DNA of 64,000 nucleotides from a virus: the IMG/VR virus record IMGVR_UViG_3300046542_000074, positions 1-64,000 of that record; one strand, given 5' to 3'. Made by a program: the position numbers and the translations under genes. The number at the start of each line of letters is the position of its first letter. Within the stretch, counting starts at the first letter, position 1. Below are positions 28,312 through 36,777 of this stretch, one piece after another. A model generated the notes under the pieces. The model saw only the letters and a program-made list of their open reading frames with translations. It was not told the origin of the DNA and made no database searches.

Positions 28312-28461
28312 TGGCAAATTCCCGATCAATCATCTCTGCCAGCCGAACAATACTGCTTGCATAACCTTGTTCTTCATACTGAGTTAGTTGCATCCAGTTG
28401 TAATGTAGCTTGGAAAGTTTATACCCTCGTGTATTACCTTGAATGCACTTCTGGTAGGCAG

Positions 28462-29214
28462 TCAAGCTGCAATCTCCCGATTCAACATGTCCATAGCAAT
28501 CATTCGCACACAAGGTGCAGTGAACTTACTCATTGTAAACTGTTGACCATAGGTATTCACATGCACTTTAACTTCAAACAAACCACTGTTGATGTGTACT
28601 TGGTACGGATACCAAGCTGTATTAAGTTTGTACATCAACTTATTATCAACAATATGCTTGCGAAGAAGTGCTTCCTTCACGTTTAGCATCTTGGCAACTT
28701 CACGGAATGTGTAAGTGCAGCCACTGGTCACAAAGTTATCAACAAACTCAACTTTCGGTGCGTTGATAGCAGCCTCTGCTTCCAGACGTTCTTTCTCAGC
28801 AAGAATACCCTTGGCTTGGTTCATCAGAAGTTCAAAGTACTTCAGTGGGTTATCCAAAAGCTCTTGAGCCTTGTTCTCGTGAACAGCCACACCTTGGGTT
28901 GCCAGTCCATCATAAGCGCGAATTACCTTCAGATGGTACTCAGGACTGATCCACATGGCGTATGCGTACACCAGTTCACGTACAGCGTATGTGCCGCCAG
29001 AACGGCCGCGCACAGTGACCTTTGAAAACTCTCCGATTTCGGAGATTAAATCTTTAGCCTGATGATTCTCAAAGAATTTTGCAGGCTGCTTGTGCAACAC
29101 CCCACCAGATGCCTTATGCACATCATTCAGGCAGTAACGACCGTCTTTGTCTTGTTTCACCGGGATACCGTCGATGATTACCACTTGTTCTTCTACCGCT
29201 TTTGCTACGTTCAT
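28462..29214 (-). CDS. KilA-N / antirepressor (KilAC-type C-terminus) protein
   Basis: DGRYCLNDVHKASG, GGTYA..ELVYAYAMWISP..LKVIRAYD; APKVEFVD..TFREVAKML. Confidence 0.85.
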   Translation of the reverse strand: MNVAKAVEEQVVIIDGIPVKQDKDGRYCLNDVHKASGGVLHKQPAKFFENHQAKDLISEIGEFSKVTVRGRSGGTYAVRELVYAYAMWISPEYHLKVIRAYDGLATQGVAVHENKAQELLDNPLKYFELLMNQAKGILAEKERLEAEAAINAPKVEFVDNFVTSGCTYTFREVAKMLNVKEALLRKHIVDNKLMYKLNTAWYPYQVHINSGLFEVKVHVNTYGQQFTMSKFTAPCVRMIAMDMLNREIAA

Positions 29215-29503
29215 TTCTTTCTCCTATGTTTAATTTGTATTCATTTGTTTTGTTGCTCAATACTTCCTAAGTACTCCGTCTTCCTTCCCATCAAGTATCG
29301 CCATCATACGCTCTAAATCCTCTCTTGTGTAGTACGTCGATGCCGTCTGACCAATGTAGTTGATATGGAGTACGTCAGTTGTGCTATCGCAAAAGATTTC
29401 ATCAATGTCTCTGTCTGTAAATTTGTAAGTCATTTAACCTCCTGTTTCCGTCTAATTCAGTCACCCAGTATGTCAGGGTCTGTTTCCCTTTGCAAGCGCT
29501 AAT

Positions 29504-30022
29504 TCATGGAAGGAGACGTTGATTCTCAGGCTTTTGATTGAATCTTACACGCTCACGCAGGGTAGCCAAGTCGATTGGCCTAAAATTAATGTTCTCTAAA
29601 GAAGTATTGAAGTACCGAGCGTCATTGATTGTGTGCTCGTGGACATGCCCATGAATATTCACCTTCCCACGAAGTTCATCAGGATGAATCGGGCAGTGAC
29701 TCAGCCAGAACTCTTTGTACTTCTTGAATGCGTACACCTCATCGTACACACTACACAAATGTTCCATTGTGATCCCACGCTCCAAATCGTGGTTCCCAAC
29801 AATCAAGATTTTCTTCTCTGCAACCCATGTGCCTACCTCATCTAGCGCTTCAAATGTGAAGGCAGCATCTCCCATGAAGTAAACAACATCCCGCTTAGTT
29901 ACTACTTGATGGTAATTCTCTTTGACCATTTCAGCGTGTTCTGCTTCGCTGTCAAATCCTCGATACTTACCAATGTTCTTATGCCCAAGGTGGGCATCCC
30001 CCAAAAACCATACGTTTGCGAT
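29504..30022 (-). CDS. calcineurin-like metallophosphoesterase
   Basis: GDAHLGH, MGD, GNHD, SHCP, HGHVH; start uncertain (ATC at 30022 or TTG at 30004). Confidence 0.85.
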   Translation of the reverse strand: MANVWFLGDAHLGHKNIGKYRGFDSEAEHAEMVKENYHQVVTKRDVVYFMGDAAFTFEALDEVGTWVAEKKILIVGNHDLERGITMEHLCSVYDEVYAFKKYKEFWLSHCPIHPDELRGKVNIHGHVHEHTINDARYFNTSLENINFRPIDLATLRERVRFNQKPENQRLLP

Positions 30023-30210
30023 TTTAAGTCTCCCTTAGTTCTCTGTGAACAACAGTTATTTTAACATTCTTTGACTCTTCATACCGTGAAGCTTCGTTAT
30101 ACGCTGAGTCCTCATTCTTGTAAAGCCCCAAAGAGATGTACAGTTCCAGTGGCCCCTTATCTGTGTCATACGACACCAATCGTACAACCTCATACACAGT
30201 TATCATAAAA

Positions 30211-30456
30211 CTACTCCGTTGTATCAGAAGCATCAGATTTCTTGTTGGTAGAACCTTTCGGCCTTCCTCCAGACCTCTTAGGTGTGGCGTTCAAGTCTAC
30301 CTGATCCACATGAATGACGTAGACCTTTCCAGAAGACTCATCTAAGCCAACAACAGTAGAGGTCTTCACACCCTCTTGCTCATCAGTCCCCACAGATATC
30401 TTAAGAGTCAGACCATCTATCTGCTGCCAGTTGAACACATATGCCCAGTCCTTCAT
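30211..30456 (-). CDS. hypothetical protein with C-terminal GGRPKG motif
   Basis: GGAG SD. Confidence 0.6.
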   Translation of the reverse strand: MKDWAYVFNWQQIDGLTLKISVGTDEQEGVKTSTVVGLDESSGKVYVIHVDQVDLNATPKRSGGRPKGSTNKKSDASDTTE

Positions 30457-30586
30457 TTCTTTCTCCTGTCAGGGTGTGGACAGCATACGCCTACCAACAG
30501 AAGAGAGCAAGCTCTTTCCACAAAGATATCATTCCATTCAGGTGTTGACACACCCAGCACAGAATGAGAGGATGCTTCAGGTCAGG

Positions 30587-30655
30587 AGGTATACGCACTT
30601 TGTTCCTATAGGTATACGCACTTTATGCGTGACCCATCCTGCACTTTGTGCGTAT
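30587..30655. repeat. iteron-like direct/inverted repeats
   Basis: AGGTATACGCACTTT at 30587 and 30610; GCACTTTGTGCGTAT at 30641. Confidence 0.65.
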
Positions 30656-30779
30656 GAGTAATACTGATCTACCCAAACAGAATAAATAATACTGAAAGAT
30701 CAAAAGCAAAAGCACCCGGCACAGAATCTCTGAGATGCTTATAGAGAGGTGATCAATGAATAATCAATAAAGGTATAAA

Positions 30780-31229
30780 ATGGAACAAGAAAGATTTGTG
30801 ATGTTGCCATACAACCTGATGGCGGCACATGGCTACTACAGTCTCAAGACCGGTGAACAGGTCAAGATGTCACAAGGAGTTAAGTTTGTATATTTGTATT
30901 TGAAAGATAGAAACAACTTCTTTGTTAACATCAAGGGCGGTGATCACTTTGAATCACAGGGTACAATCGCTGAAGCGGTTGGTATGGATGTAAGACGTGT
31001 TGGTACAATCCTTACTGAGCTGATGGCTCATTCTGTTGTGGTCGCTACACTTGAGAAGTGTGCCAACGGCAGGAGATATCATTATCATAAGATAAATGAT
31101 CTTTCTTTGTGGACAGACAAGAAAGAAGCAAGTAAGATTAAAGCAGTAGCAAAACCAAACCCATCTGTTGTGGAGTACACAGATGAATTCTTAAGCGGTA
31201 TTGTGTGGGAGAGAGAAGATGCTTACTGA
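30780..31229 (+). CDS. winged-helix protein resembling the N-terminus of phage replication initiators
   Basis: KFVYLYLK...ESQGTIAEAVGMDVRRVGTILTELM. Confidence 0.6.
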   Translation: MEQERFVMLPYNLMAAHGYYSLKTGEQVKMSQGVKFVYLYLKDRNNFFVNIKGGDHFESQGTIAEAVGMDVRRVGTILTELMAHSVVVATLEKCANGRRYHYHKINDLSLWTDKKEASKIKAVAKPNPSVVEYTDEFLSGIVWEREDAY

Positions 31230-31458
31230 AGATTGGAATAAACTTGAGGTTGGTAGTGTTGTATACGCACTCAAGAAGTTGACTGAGTGGAGCGACTGTC
31301 ATGGGCATTGTGTTTGCGCAGAGAAAGGGGATAAGCTTGTTGTGAGAGGGTTCAACACAAGAGGTGATCCACACTTCAGTCATGAACATATTACTGATGG
31401 TCGATCATTCTATTTGGATAAACACGAATGCTCCACTATGAAACACTTTGACCACTAG
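31219..31458 (+). CDS. hypothetical protein
   Basis: ORF after wHTH gene. Confidence 0.55.
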   Translation: MLTEDWNKLEVGSVVYALKKLTEWSDCHGHCVCAEKGDKLVVRGFNTRGDPHFSHEHITDGRSFYLDKHECSTMKHFDH

Positions 31459-32079
31459 GAGGAATTATTTAATGTTCGATGAAATCATGCCGATTTGGGA
31501 GGTGTATGCTGATCATGGATATGATGGCGAATCAATACTCTGGTTATGTGTTAAGTTGGAAACAGCCAAGTATCTCTGTGATTGGGAGAATGCACTCATG
31601 GAGAATAAATACCATGAAGCTGTAAAACGAACACCACAAATGGCTCTGGCAATTAATAGACGCTACTGGTGGGTAGGTCAATCGACCTTTGGTGTACGAG
31701 AACAGGAGGTAATTTTAAATTGATGATGCTGTGTGAGTGCAAGTCGTGTGGTGGCAGAGGCTTCCGTGTTCCAGAGTATGATGCTGACGAACACAATATG
31801 ATCCAAGCTGAAATCATCTCTGGTGTTTGGGATTGTAAACCCTGCAACGGTTCTGGATATGTTGAGCGGGAAGTTGATGGTTGTATTTGTTATGCTAACA
31901 GTTGGTTTGAATGTGCCTGTGGATACCACACGTAGGCATACTACCTGAATCAAACGAAAGCCAGAGATTCAACGTAAATAACACCCTGAAAACAACGATC
32001 GTATCCATACCTACCCAACCATACCGGGTAAGGTCTTGTCGTTGTTTCTTGTGCTTAAAAGCATAGGTCAAATGAACCT

Positions 32080-32128
32080 CTATCACAACCGTTGACAAGA
32101 TAGATTTTGTCTATTACTATTAACTCAT
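32080..32128 (+). promoter_or_regulatory. sigma70-type promoter with overlapping CTATC-N14-GATAG-N7-CTATT site
   Basis: TTGACA(32092)-17-TACTAT. Confidence 0.7.
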
Positions 32129-32167
32129 ACAGAAATTTAACTTAAACTTACAGAAGGAATACCACTT

Positions 32168-32356
32168 GTGGAAACTAAACGAGACACAGACCCCGCAACC
32201 CAACATGAATGGTTCATGAAACTCCTTGAGGAAGCTGAGAAGTTCGATGAGGCAGAGTTTGAACGATTGGAGGGTGAGAAGTCATTCCGCTTTGAATATG
32301 CGCACGAGTCTCTGACAGAGAAAACAAGTCGGTTTAAACGAAACAGCTCTTACTGA
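32168..32356 (+). CDS. hypothetical protein
   Basis: AAGGA SD, GTG start. Confidence 0.6.
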   Translation: METKRDTDPATQHEWFMKLLEEAEKFDEAEFERLEGEKSFRFEYAHESLTEKTSRFKRNSSY

Positions 32357-32497
32357 GGAAATAACATGAAACAAGAAATTGATTGGGATTTGTTTGTTGG
32401 GTTTGGAGATTCTATTGGGATGGAAGAGATTACTGGTGTCGGTGAGGGTATTCGCCGTGATGAATATGAAGGTTTTGATTTGCGGCCAGATATTTAG

Positions 32498-32526
32498 TTG
32501 ACTTTAGAAATAAAGATTGATACAAT
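32498..32526 (+). promoter_or_regulatory. promoter of tRNA cluster
   Basis: TTGACT-17-TACAAT. Confidence 0.7.
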
Positions 32527-32708
32527 ATGTACTTAAGGGAAGAAACGATAACAACAATCAAAGTATTCTCCCAAAGAATTCAAGAGCACCATTCACTGAT
32601 TATTCGGCTAACAATCCTCTCCTATTGTTATCTGATGAGGCTTTGAATGCTGTTACTGAGATAAGTCGGTAGTGAACATGCCCTTCGTTTATCTTAGTAT
32701 TTAGTTTC

Positions 32709-32794
32709 GGGAGTAGTAGAGATACTGGGCAAGTATCAGCGCGCTGTAAACGCGCCGCCTATGGCTAGTGGTTCGATACCATCTGCTCCCACCA
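32709..32794 (+). tRNA. tRNA-Tyr (GTA)
   Basis: gcgcg-CT GTA AA-cgcgc anticodon arm, GGTTCGATACC, CCA end. Confidence 0.85.
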
Positions 32795-32903
32795 AACACG
32801 CTTAATCAAGACGTTGGTTATTCTATTAGCCGTTAAGGCACTAGAAGAAGTTTGACGAATCTTCAAAGCCTTCCACTGGTGTAAATGGGAGCAACAAATT
32901 TAT

Positions 32904-32980
32904 TGGCGAGTAGCACAGTTGGTAGTTGCGCGGAACTGTTAATTCCGATGTCGTAGATTCGAATTCTACCTCGCCAGCCA
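32904..32980 (+). tRNA. tRNA-Asn (GTT)
   Basis: cggaa-CT GTT AA-ttccg, TTCGAAT, CCA. Confidence 0.92.
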
Positions 32981-33101
32981 AACAATGAAGTATCGTTGCA
33001 GAGAACTCAAAGTGGACAACCAGAATGGTCTGTTGATTCACAGCGAGAGTCGAGAAATCAACCGGGCTGGTACACCCGTTCTCGCAGTACCAAGAACTAT
33101 T

Positions 33102-33177
33102 CAGGATATAGCTCAGTAGGCAGAGCGCGTGCTTTGGGAGCATGAGGCCACAAGTTCGAAACTTGTTATCCTGACCA
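33102..33177 (+). tRNA. tRNA-Pro (TGG)
   Basis: cgtgc-TT TGG GA-gcatg, TTCGAAA, CCA. Confidence 0.92.
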
Positions 33178-33180
33178 AAT

Positions 33181-33259
33181 GTAAGTAATTGCTCGGGGTT
33201 CGATCCCCTAGTGTACGGTTGGATTCCGTAGCTCAGAATGGGCTGGTTCAATTACTTAA
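33181..33259 (+). ncRNA. putative permuted tRNA-like / Y-RNA-like element
   Basis: Closing stem taagtaattg/caattactta encloses a T-arm (GGGGTTCGATCCCC), a closed stem and a D-arm-like TAGCTCAGAATGGGC. Confidence 0.45.
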
Positions 33260-33316
33260 CAGAGGAAGATCGAAGTACCGGCGCCGGTATGAGTAGATGC
33301 ACCTCGACCTAATTAT

Positions 33317-33390
33317 TGCGGTTTAGCTCAATGGTAGAGCAACGGACTTTGACTCCGTTTATGATTGTTCAACTCAATCAACCGCTTCCA
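33317..33390 (+). tRNA. tRNA-Gln (TTG)
   Basis: acgga-CT TTG AC-tccgt, CCA. Confidence 0.9.
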
Positions 33391-33393
33391 AAT

Positions 33394-33475
33394 TGCGAGA
33401 AAGCTTAGACTGCCTGTTGGTGTCACCCGGCTCATTCCCGGACGCTTCGTGGTTAAATTCCACTTCTCGCAACCA
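33394..33475 (+). tRNA. tRNA-Met (CAT), atypical
   Basis: tgcgaga/tctcgca-ACCA, ccgg-CT CAT TC-ccgg, T-loop TTAAATT. Confidence 0.65.
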
Positions 33476-33479
33476 AATA

Positions 33480-33562
33480 GCCGAAGTCGCATAGTGGCCG
33501 ATTGCACCTCTCTTGTAAGGAGGAATTCCACACCGTCAGTTCGAATCTGACCTTCGGCACCA
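33480..33562 (+). tRNA. tRNA-Thr (TGT)
   Basis: cctct-CT TGT AA-ggagg, TTCGAAT, CCA; long variable region. Confidence 0.88.
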
Positions 33563-33594
33563 AACAATTACCCGACAAGGAATTGTAAACAACT

Positions 33595-33618
33595 AACCCG
33601 CTTCGGCGGGTTTTCTTG
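33595..33618 (+). terminator. terminator after tRNA cluster
   Basis: aacccgc-ttcg-gcgggtt-ttctt. Confidence 0.85.
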
Positions 33619-33641
33619 TATCTGAAGAAAGGAAAACAATA

Positions 33642-34043
33642 ATGGCAAGTCCAGAATTGATTCAAAAACGTGAGGAACTGTACCTTGCAGTATCTCGTGC
33701 TGGTGTAGGCGAAGCAATTGTAGAAGGTCGGTTTGATGCTCTGTGTACAGAACTTGGTTATGTTAACAAGACGGGAGTTACAGCTTACACAGTGTCTGAA
33801 GCTGATGCTAATAAGTTGCTCATCTTTAACCAAGCAACTGTAACGCTCACACTTCCAGCAACTATCGAAGCAGAATCCGATAAAACTGTAACTATCATGG
33901 CGGTTAACACTGTTGGTAAGATTGTTCTGGCAGGTGCTACGCCTGTATCGGTAGCCAACCAAGTTGATGCAAAAGCTATGGCTGGTATTGTTTATGCTGG
34001 TGGTACTTGGGTTGTGACAGGAACTTCTGTAGGGGCTGCGTAA
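33642..34043 (+). CDS. hypothetical (possibly virion) protein
   Basis: AAGGA SD; A/V/T-rich. Confidence 0.7.
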   Translation: MASPELIQKREELYLAVSRAGVGEAIVEGRFDALCTELGYVNKTGVTAYTVSEADANKLLIFNQATVTLTLPATIEAESDKTVTIMAVNTVGKIVLAGATPVSVANQVDAKAMAGIVYAGGTWVVTGTSVGAA

Positions 34044-35389
34044 TGTTCGCACTCAATCTATTAGTTTCAAGTTGTGCTCGTGCTGTAGCCTCCGCACCAG
34101 TAACTCCCACAACAATTAACTTCACATCTGCACAGTTCTCTCCGGGGTTTGCAGGTTCGATAAGCCTAACTAAGAATGCTGCTCGTATCTATGCTCGTGG
34201 TGCTTTGACACTTTGGTGTGGATTCATTACAGGCAGTGAAGCTAAGTTGACCAATCCGTCTGACTTCGGTGATAACGCTGGCTCTATGGAAGTTTCGATT
34301 GATAACGCTCCATTTACAGCCGCTGCTAACACTGGTTCGGTTTATACACTGTTCACTGGTCTGGTACATGCCACACGGTTTGTGCAGATTCGCTGGGTAC
34401 AGGCAATGGCTGATGCACCTTATATCGCTGCTACTGGTAACGTGCTGAGTGTCACTGGCGCACCTCCTGCATTGATTGCAGCACAGAACTGGATTCAAGC
34501 TGGTAGTAACTCAAGTACTGGTTTGTATTCTGCTGGTGTTGTTCCAAACAACTCGGGCTTTATACCACCATTGCAAGCTCCTGCTGGACAGGTCTACGGC
34601 ACTAACGTCGGCTCGGTTAAAATCCGTGGCGCATTCACCAAGATTGTTGCCACTGGACGACTGATTGGCGTGAGTAAGAACGGTGGGCCACCGTCCTACT
34701 ACTCCATTGCTGAAGAGTCTAATAACCCACCAGCAGCTCTTGTCATTCCGTGTGACGGCTCTGTAGCCACGTACAACGTGTGGGATAACGGTAACTACAA
34801 AGAACTTGGTGGTCACTTCTCGGTAAGTGGTAACAGCACACTTCTAGACATCGGCATTATCCGTAAGCTCGACCAGTTCGGTGATAGTATTACCGCTGGA
34901 GCACCGCCAGTGCAAACTGAGACTATGCGGGTCGCTGCTGCACTGGGCTTCGTAGGTTCTACGGCTGGTAGGGCTGGCGAGACAATCACAGGAATGAAAG
35001 GCATTCTTGATAATATTCTCCCCCTGAAGACAGTAACCTCCGATGACGTAGCCATCTTGGCTATTGGTGGTAACAGTTTAACTGGTGGTATCGATAGCAC
35101 AGAAAGGGCTGATTACCTTGAGTGTATTAACAAATTGGTGGCTAAAGGTTATGGCAAGATTATTTGCCGTGGTATCCTACCTGCTACTGATGGAAGTAAC
35201 TTGTGGACAACTGAGAACGGCGTACTCCAATCTGTTGTTACAGAACTTGGAAACTCCAACGTGGTGTTTCTCAACACAAGTACTTGGCTTGGCTACGCAA
35301 CCTCGGATGGTGTACACCCAACTGATCCGGGTTACGCAACACTTGCAACGTTCGCACTTCCAGCTTACACAAGTATTCTTGGACTGTAA
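34043..35389 (+). CDS. SGNH/GDSL hydrolase-domain protein with beta-rich N-terminus
   Basis: FGDSIT, G(R)AG, IGGN, DGVHP blocks. Confidence 0.8.
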   Translation: MFALNLLVSSCARAVASAPVTPTTINFTSAQFSPGFAGSISLTKNAARIYARGALTLWCGFITGSEAKLTNPSDFGDNAGSMEVSIDNAPFTAAANTGSVYTLFTGLVHATRFVQIRWVQAMADAPYIAATGNVLSVTGAPPALIAAQNWIQAGSNSSTGLYSAGVVPNNSGFIPPLQAPAGQVYGTNVGSVKIRGAFTKIVATGRLIGVSKNGGPPSYYSIAEESNNPPAALVIPCDGSVATYNVWDNGNYKELGGHFSVSGNSTLLDIGIIRKLDQFGDSITAGAPPVQTETMRVAAALGFVGSTAGRAGETITGMKGILDNILPLKTVTSDDVAILAIGGNSLTGGIDSTERADYLECINKLVAKGYGKIICRGILPATDGSNLWTTENGVLQSVVTELGNSNVVFLNTSTWLGYATSDGVHPTDPGYATLATFALPAYTSILGL

Positions 35390-35395
35390 GACATG

Positions 35396-35418
35396 CCCGC
35401 TTCGGCGGGCTTTTCTTT
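35396..35418 (+). terminator. intrinsic terminator
   Basis: gcccgc-ttcg-gcgggc-ttttcttt. Confidence 0.9.
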
Positions 35419-35426
35419 GTCCACTG

Positions 35427-35486
35427 AATAGACAAAATCTATCGATAGTTGACAAACGATAGAAATAGTTATACTATCTTACTTAT
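35427..35486 (+). promoter_or_regulatory. terS promoter with AATAG-N7-CTATC-N14-GATAG sites
   Basis: TTGACA(35449)-17-TACTAT. Confidence 0.7.
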
Positions 35487-35510
35487 GACCAACTAAAGCA
35501 GGAGTTAACA

Positions 35511-35957
35511 ATGTCAGAAATTGAAGACGTTGGCGATTCTCCATTCGCCAATGAAACATCATGGAAGGGTGGCGTTAGTGCTAATCCCAATGGTCGGCCA
35601 AAAGGTGTGAAGAACGCCAAACCCCGATCCAAAATGCGAAGCACACTTACCAAGCTGTATACGCTTGAGAAAGATGCTGTCGATATTATCCGTGACAGTT
35701 TGAAAGTAAAGAAAGATGCTGAAGGCAATAAAGTTGAGACTGATAAGACCCAACTGGACACCGCCAAGTTTGTAATCAAAGCAATTGAATCCTTCAACAA
35801 TACTTGCCTTCGTGAAGAGATGGCTATCGTTGGTATCCGTGCGAAAGATGACAATGCAGCAAATGAACTTGAAGAGAATCAATCCGTAGCCTCTGAGCCA
35901 GCCGTGAATACTGGTAACTTCAGTATGGACATGGTTGAATCGAACCTTAAACACTGA
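35511..35957 (+). CDS. putative terminase small subunit
   Basis: WKGGVSANPNGRPKG motif; upstream of TerL. Confidence 0.65.
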   Translation: MSEIEDVGDSPFANETSWKGGVSANPNGRPKGVKNAKPRSKMRSTLTKLYTLEKDAVDIIRDSLKVKKDAEGNKVETDKTQLDTAKFVIKAIESFNNTCLREEMAIVGIRAKDDNAANELEENQSVASEPAVNTGNFSMDMVESNLKH

Positions 35958-36238
35958 TGATTATATTGGATGTTTACGGGATACAACCAAAGAATGATAA
36001 GTACTGTCCGGGTATTTACCTTGTCAAGATACCACCAAACTTCACCTACAAAACCCACAGGCTTCCAATATGGTTGTTTAGGGCTAACTCCAACAAAGGT
36101 ATTGTTGACCAAGCCATTATTGGCCACCATCACATAGCCTACAGTGTAAGCCACAATGAAGTATTCTTTATCAATGAAGAAGAACTCGACAGTGATTACG
36201 ACATCATCTACAAACAAGGAGCAATTAATGCTGTATGA
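35957..36238 (+). CDS. hypothetical protein
   Basis: Coupled to terS. Confidence 0.5.
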   Translation: MIILDVYGIQPKNDKYCPGIYLVKIPPNFTYKTHRLPIWLFRANSNKGIVDQAIIGHHHIAYSVSHNEVFFINEEELDSDYDIIYKQGAINAV

Positions 36239-36668
36239 AATTCATGTGACCAGTTCTGACCCTTTGGGTATCAACTTTATTCGTAACATCGTAGACATTG
36301 CCAAGAAAGGTGGTGACTTCAAAGAGAACGAAGTTGTACGGTTGGCATTCCCACATCACTGTAAGATGATTCTGGAATCTGATGTTGAGCCAATCCCTGA
36401 TCCACAACATCGAGTCTTCGAAGTTGAATCTGGTAAGGAAGTGCGCATCAAGAAAATTGAAGCTACACCAGTACAAACAGAAGGTGGCGCTTTTATCATG
36501 GAAGTTGACCCAGCACTAGCCACAACCGATAGCGGCGCTCGTTACACCAAGGAACAGTTGGATGCGTTGGATTGGAACGAGTTTAAGATCGTCCTGAAGG
36601 CTGATGAGATTACTGGTCGTGATCGTAACAAGATGACCACTCAGTATCTGGCAAATAGCGCAAAGTAA
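36228..36668 (+). CDS. hypothetical protein
   Basis: AAGGAG SD, ATG at 36228. Confidence 0.7.
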   Translation: MLYEIHVTSSDPLGINFIRNIVDIAKKGGDFKENEVVRLAFPHHCKMILESDVEPIPDPQHRVFEVESGKEVRIKKIEATPVQTEGGAFIMEVDPALATTDSGARYTKEQLDALDWNEFKIVLKADEITGRDRNKMTTQYLANSAK

Positions 36669-36685
36669 GCCATTATTGAAATAAT

Positions 36686-36737
36686 CTATCACATCTATTG
36701 ACAAGATAGGTTATTTCTATTAATATATCTACTTATA
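36686..36737 (+). promoter_or_regulatory. terL promoter with CTATC-N14-GATAG-N7-CTATT site
   Basis: TTGACA(36698)-17-TAATAT. Confidence 0.7.
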
Positions 36738-36777
36738 GAGAGGAAACATTGTTTACTTCTCAAGACAAGGAGAACTC

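Noticed and set aside
28462-29214. Antirepressor as evidence of a temperate lifestyle
   Set aside because: KilA-N/Ant proteins also occur in lytic phages; no integrase or CI/Cro switch in the window
32600-32680. Canonical hammerhead ribozyme
   Set aside because: CUGAUGA is present but GAAA and the NUH cleavage triplet are missing; kept only as an unknown structured RNA
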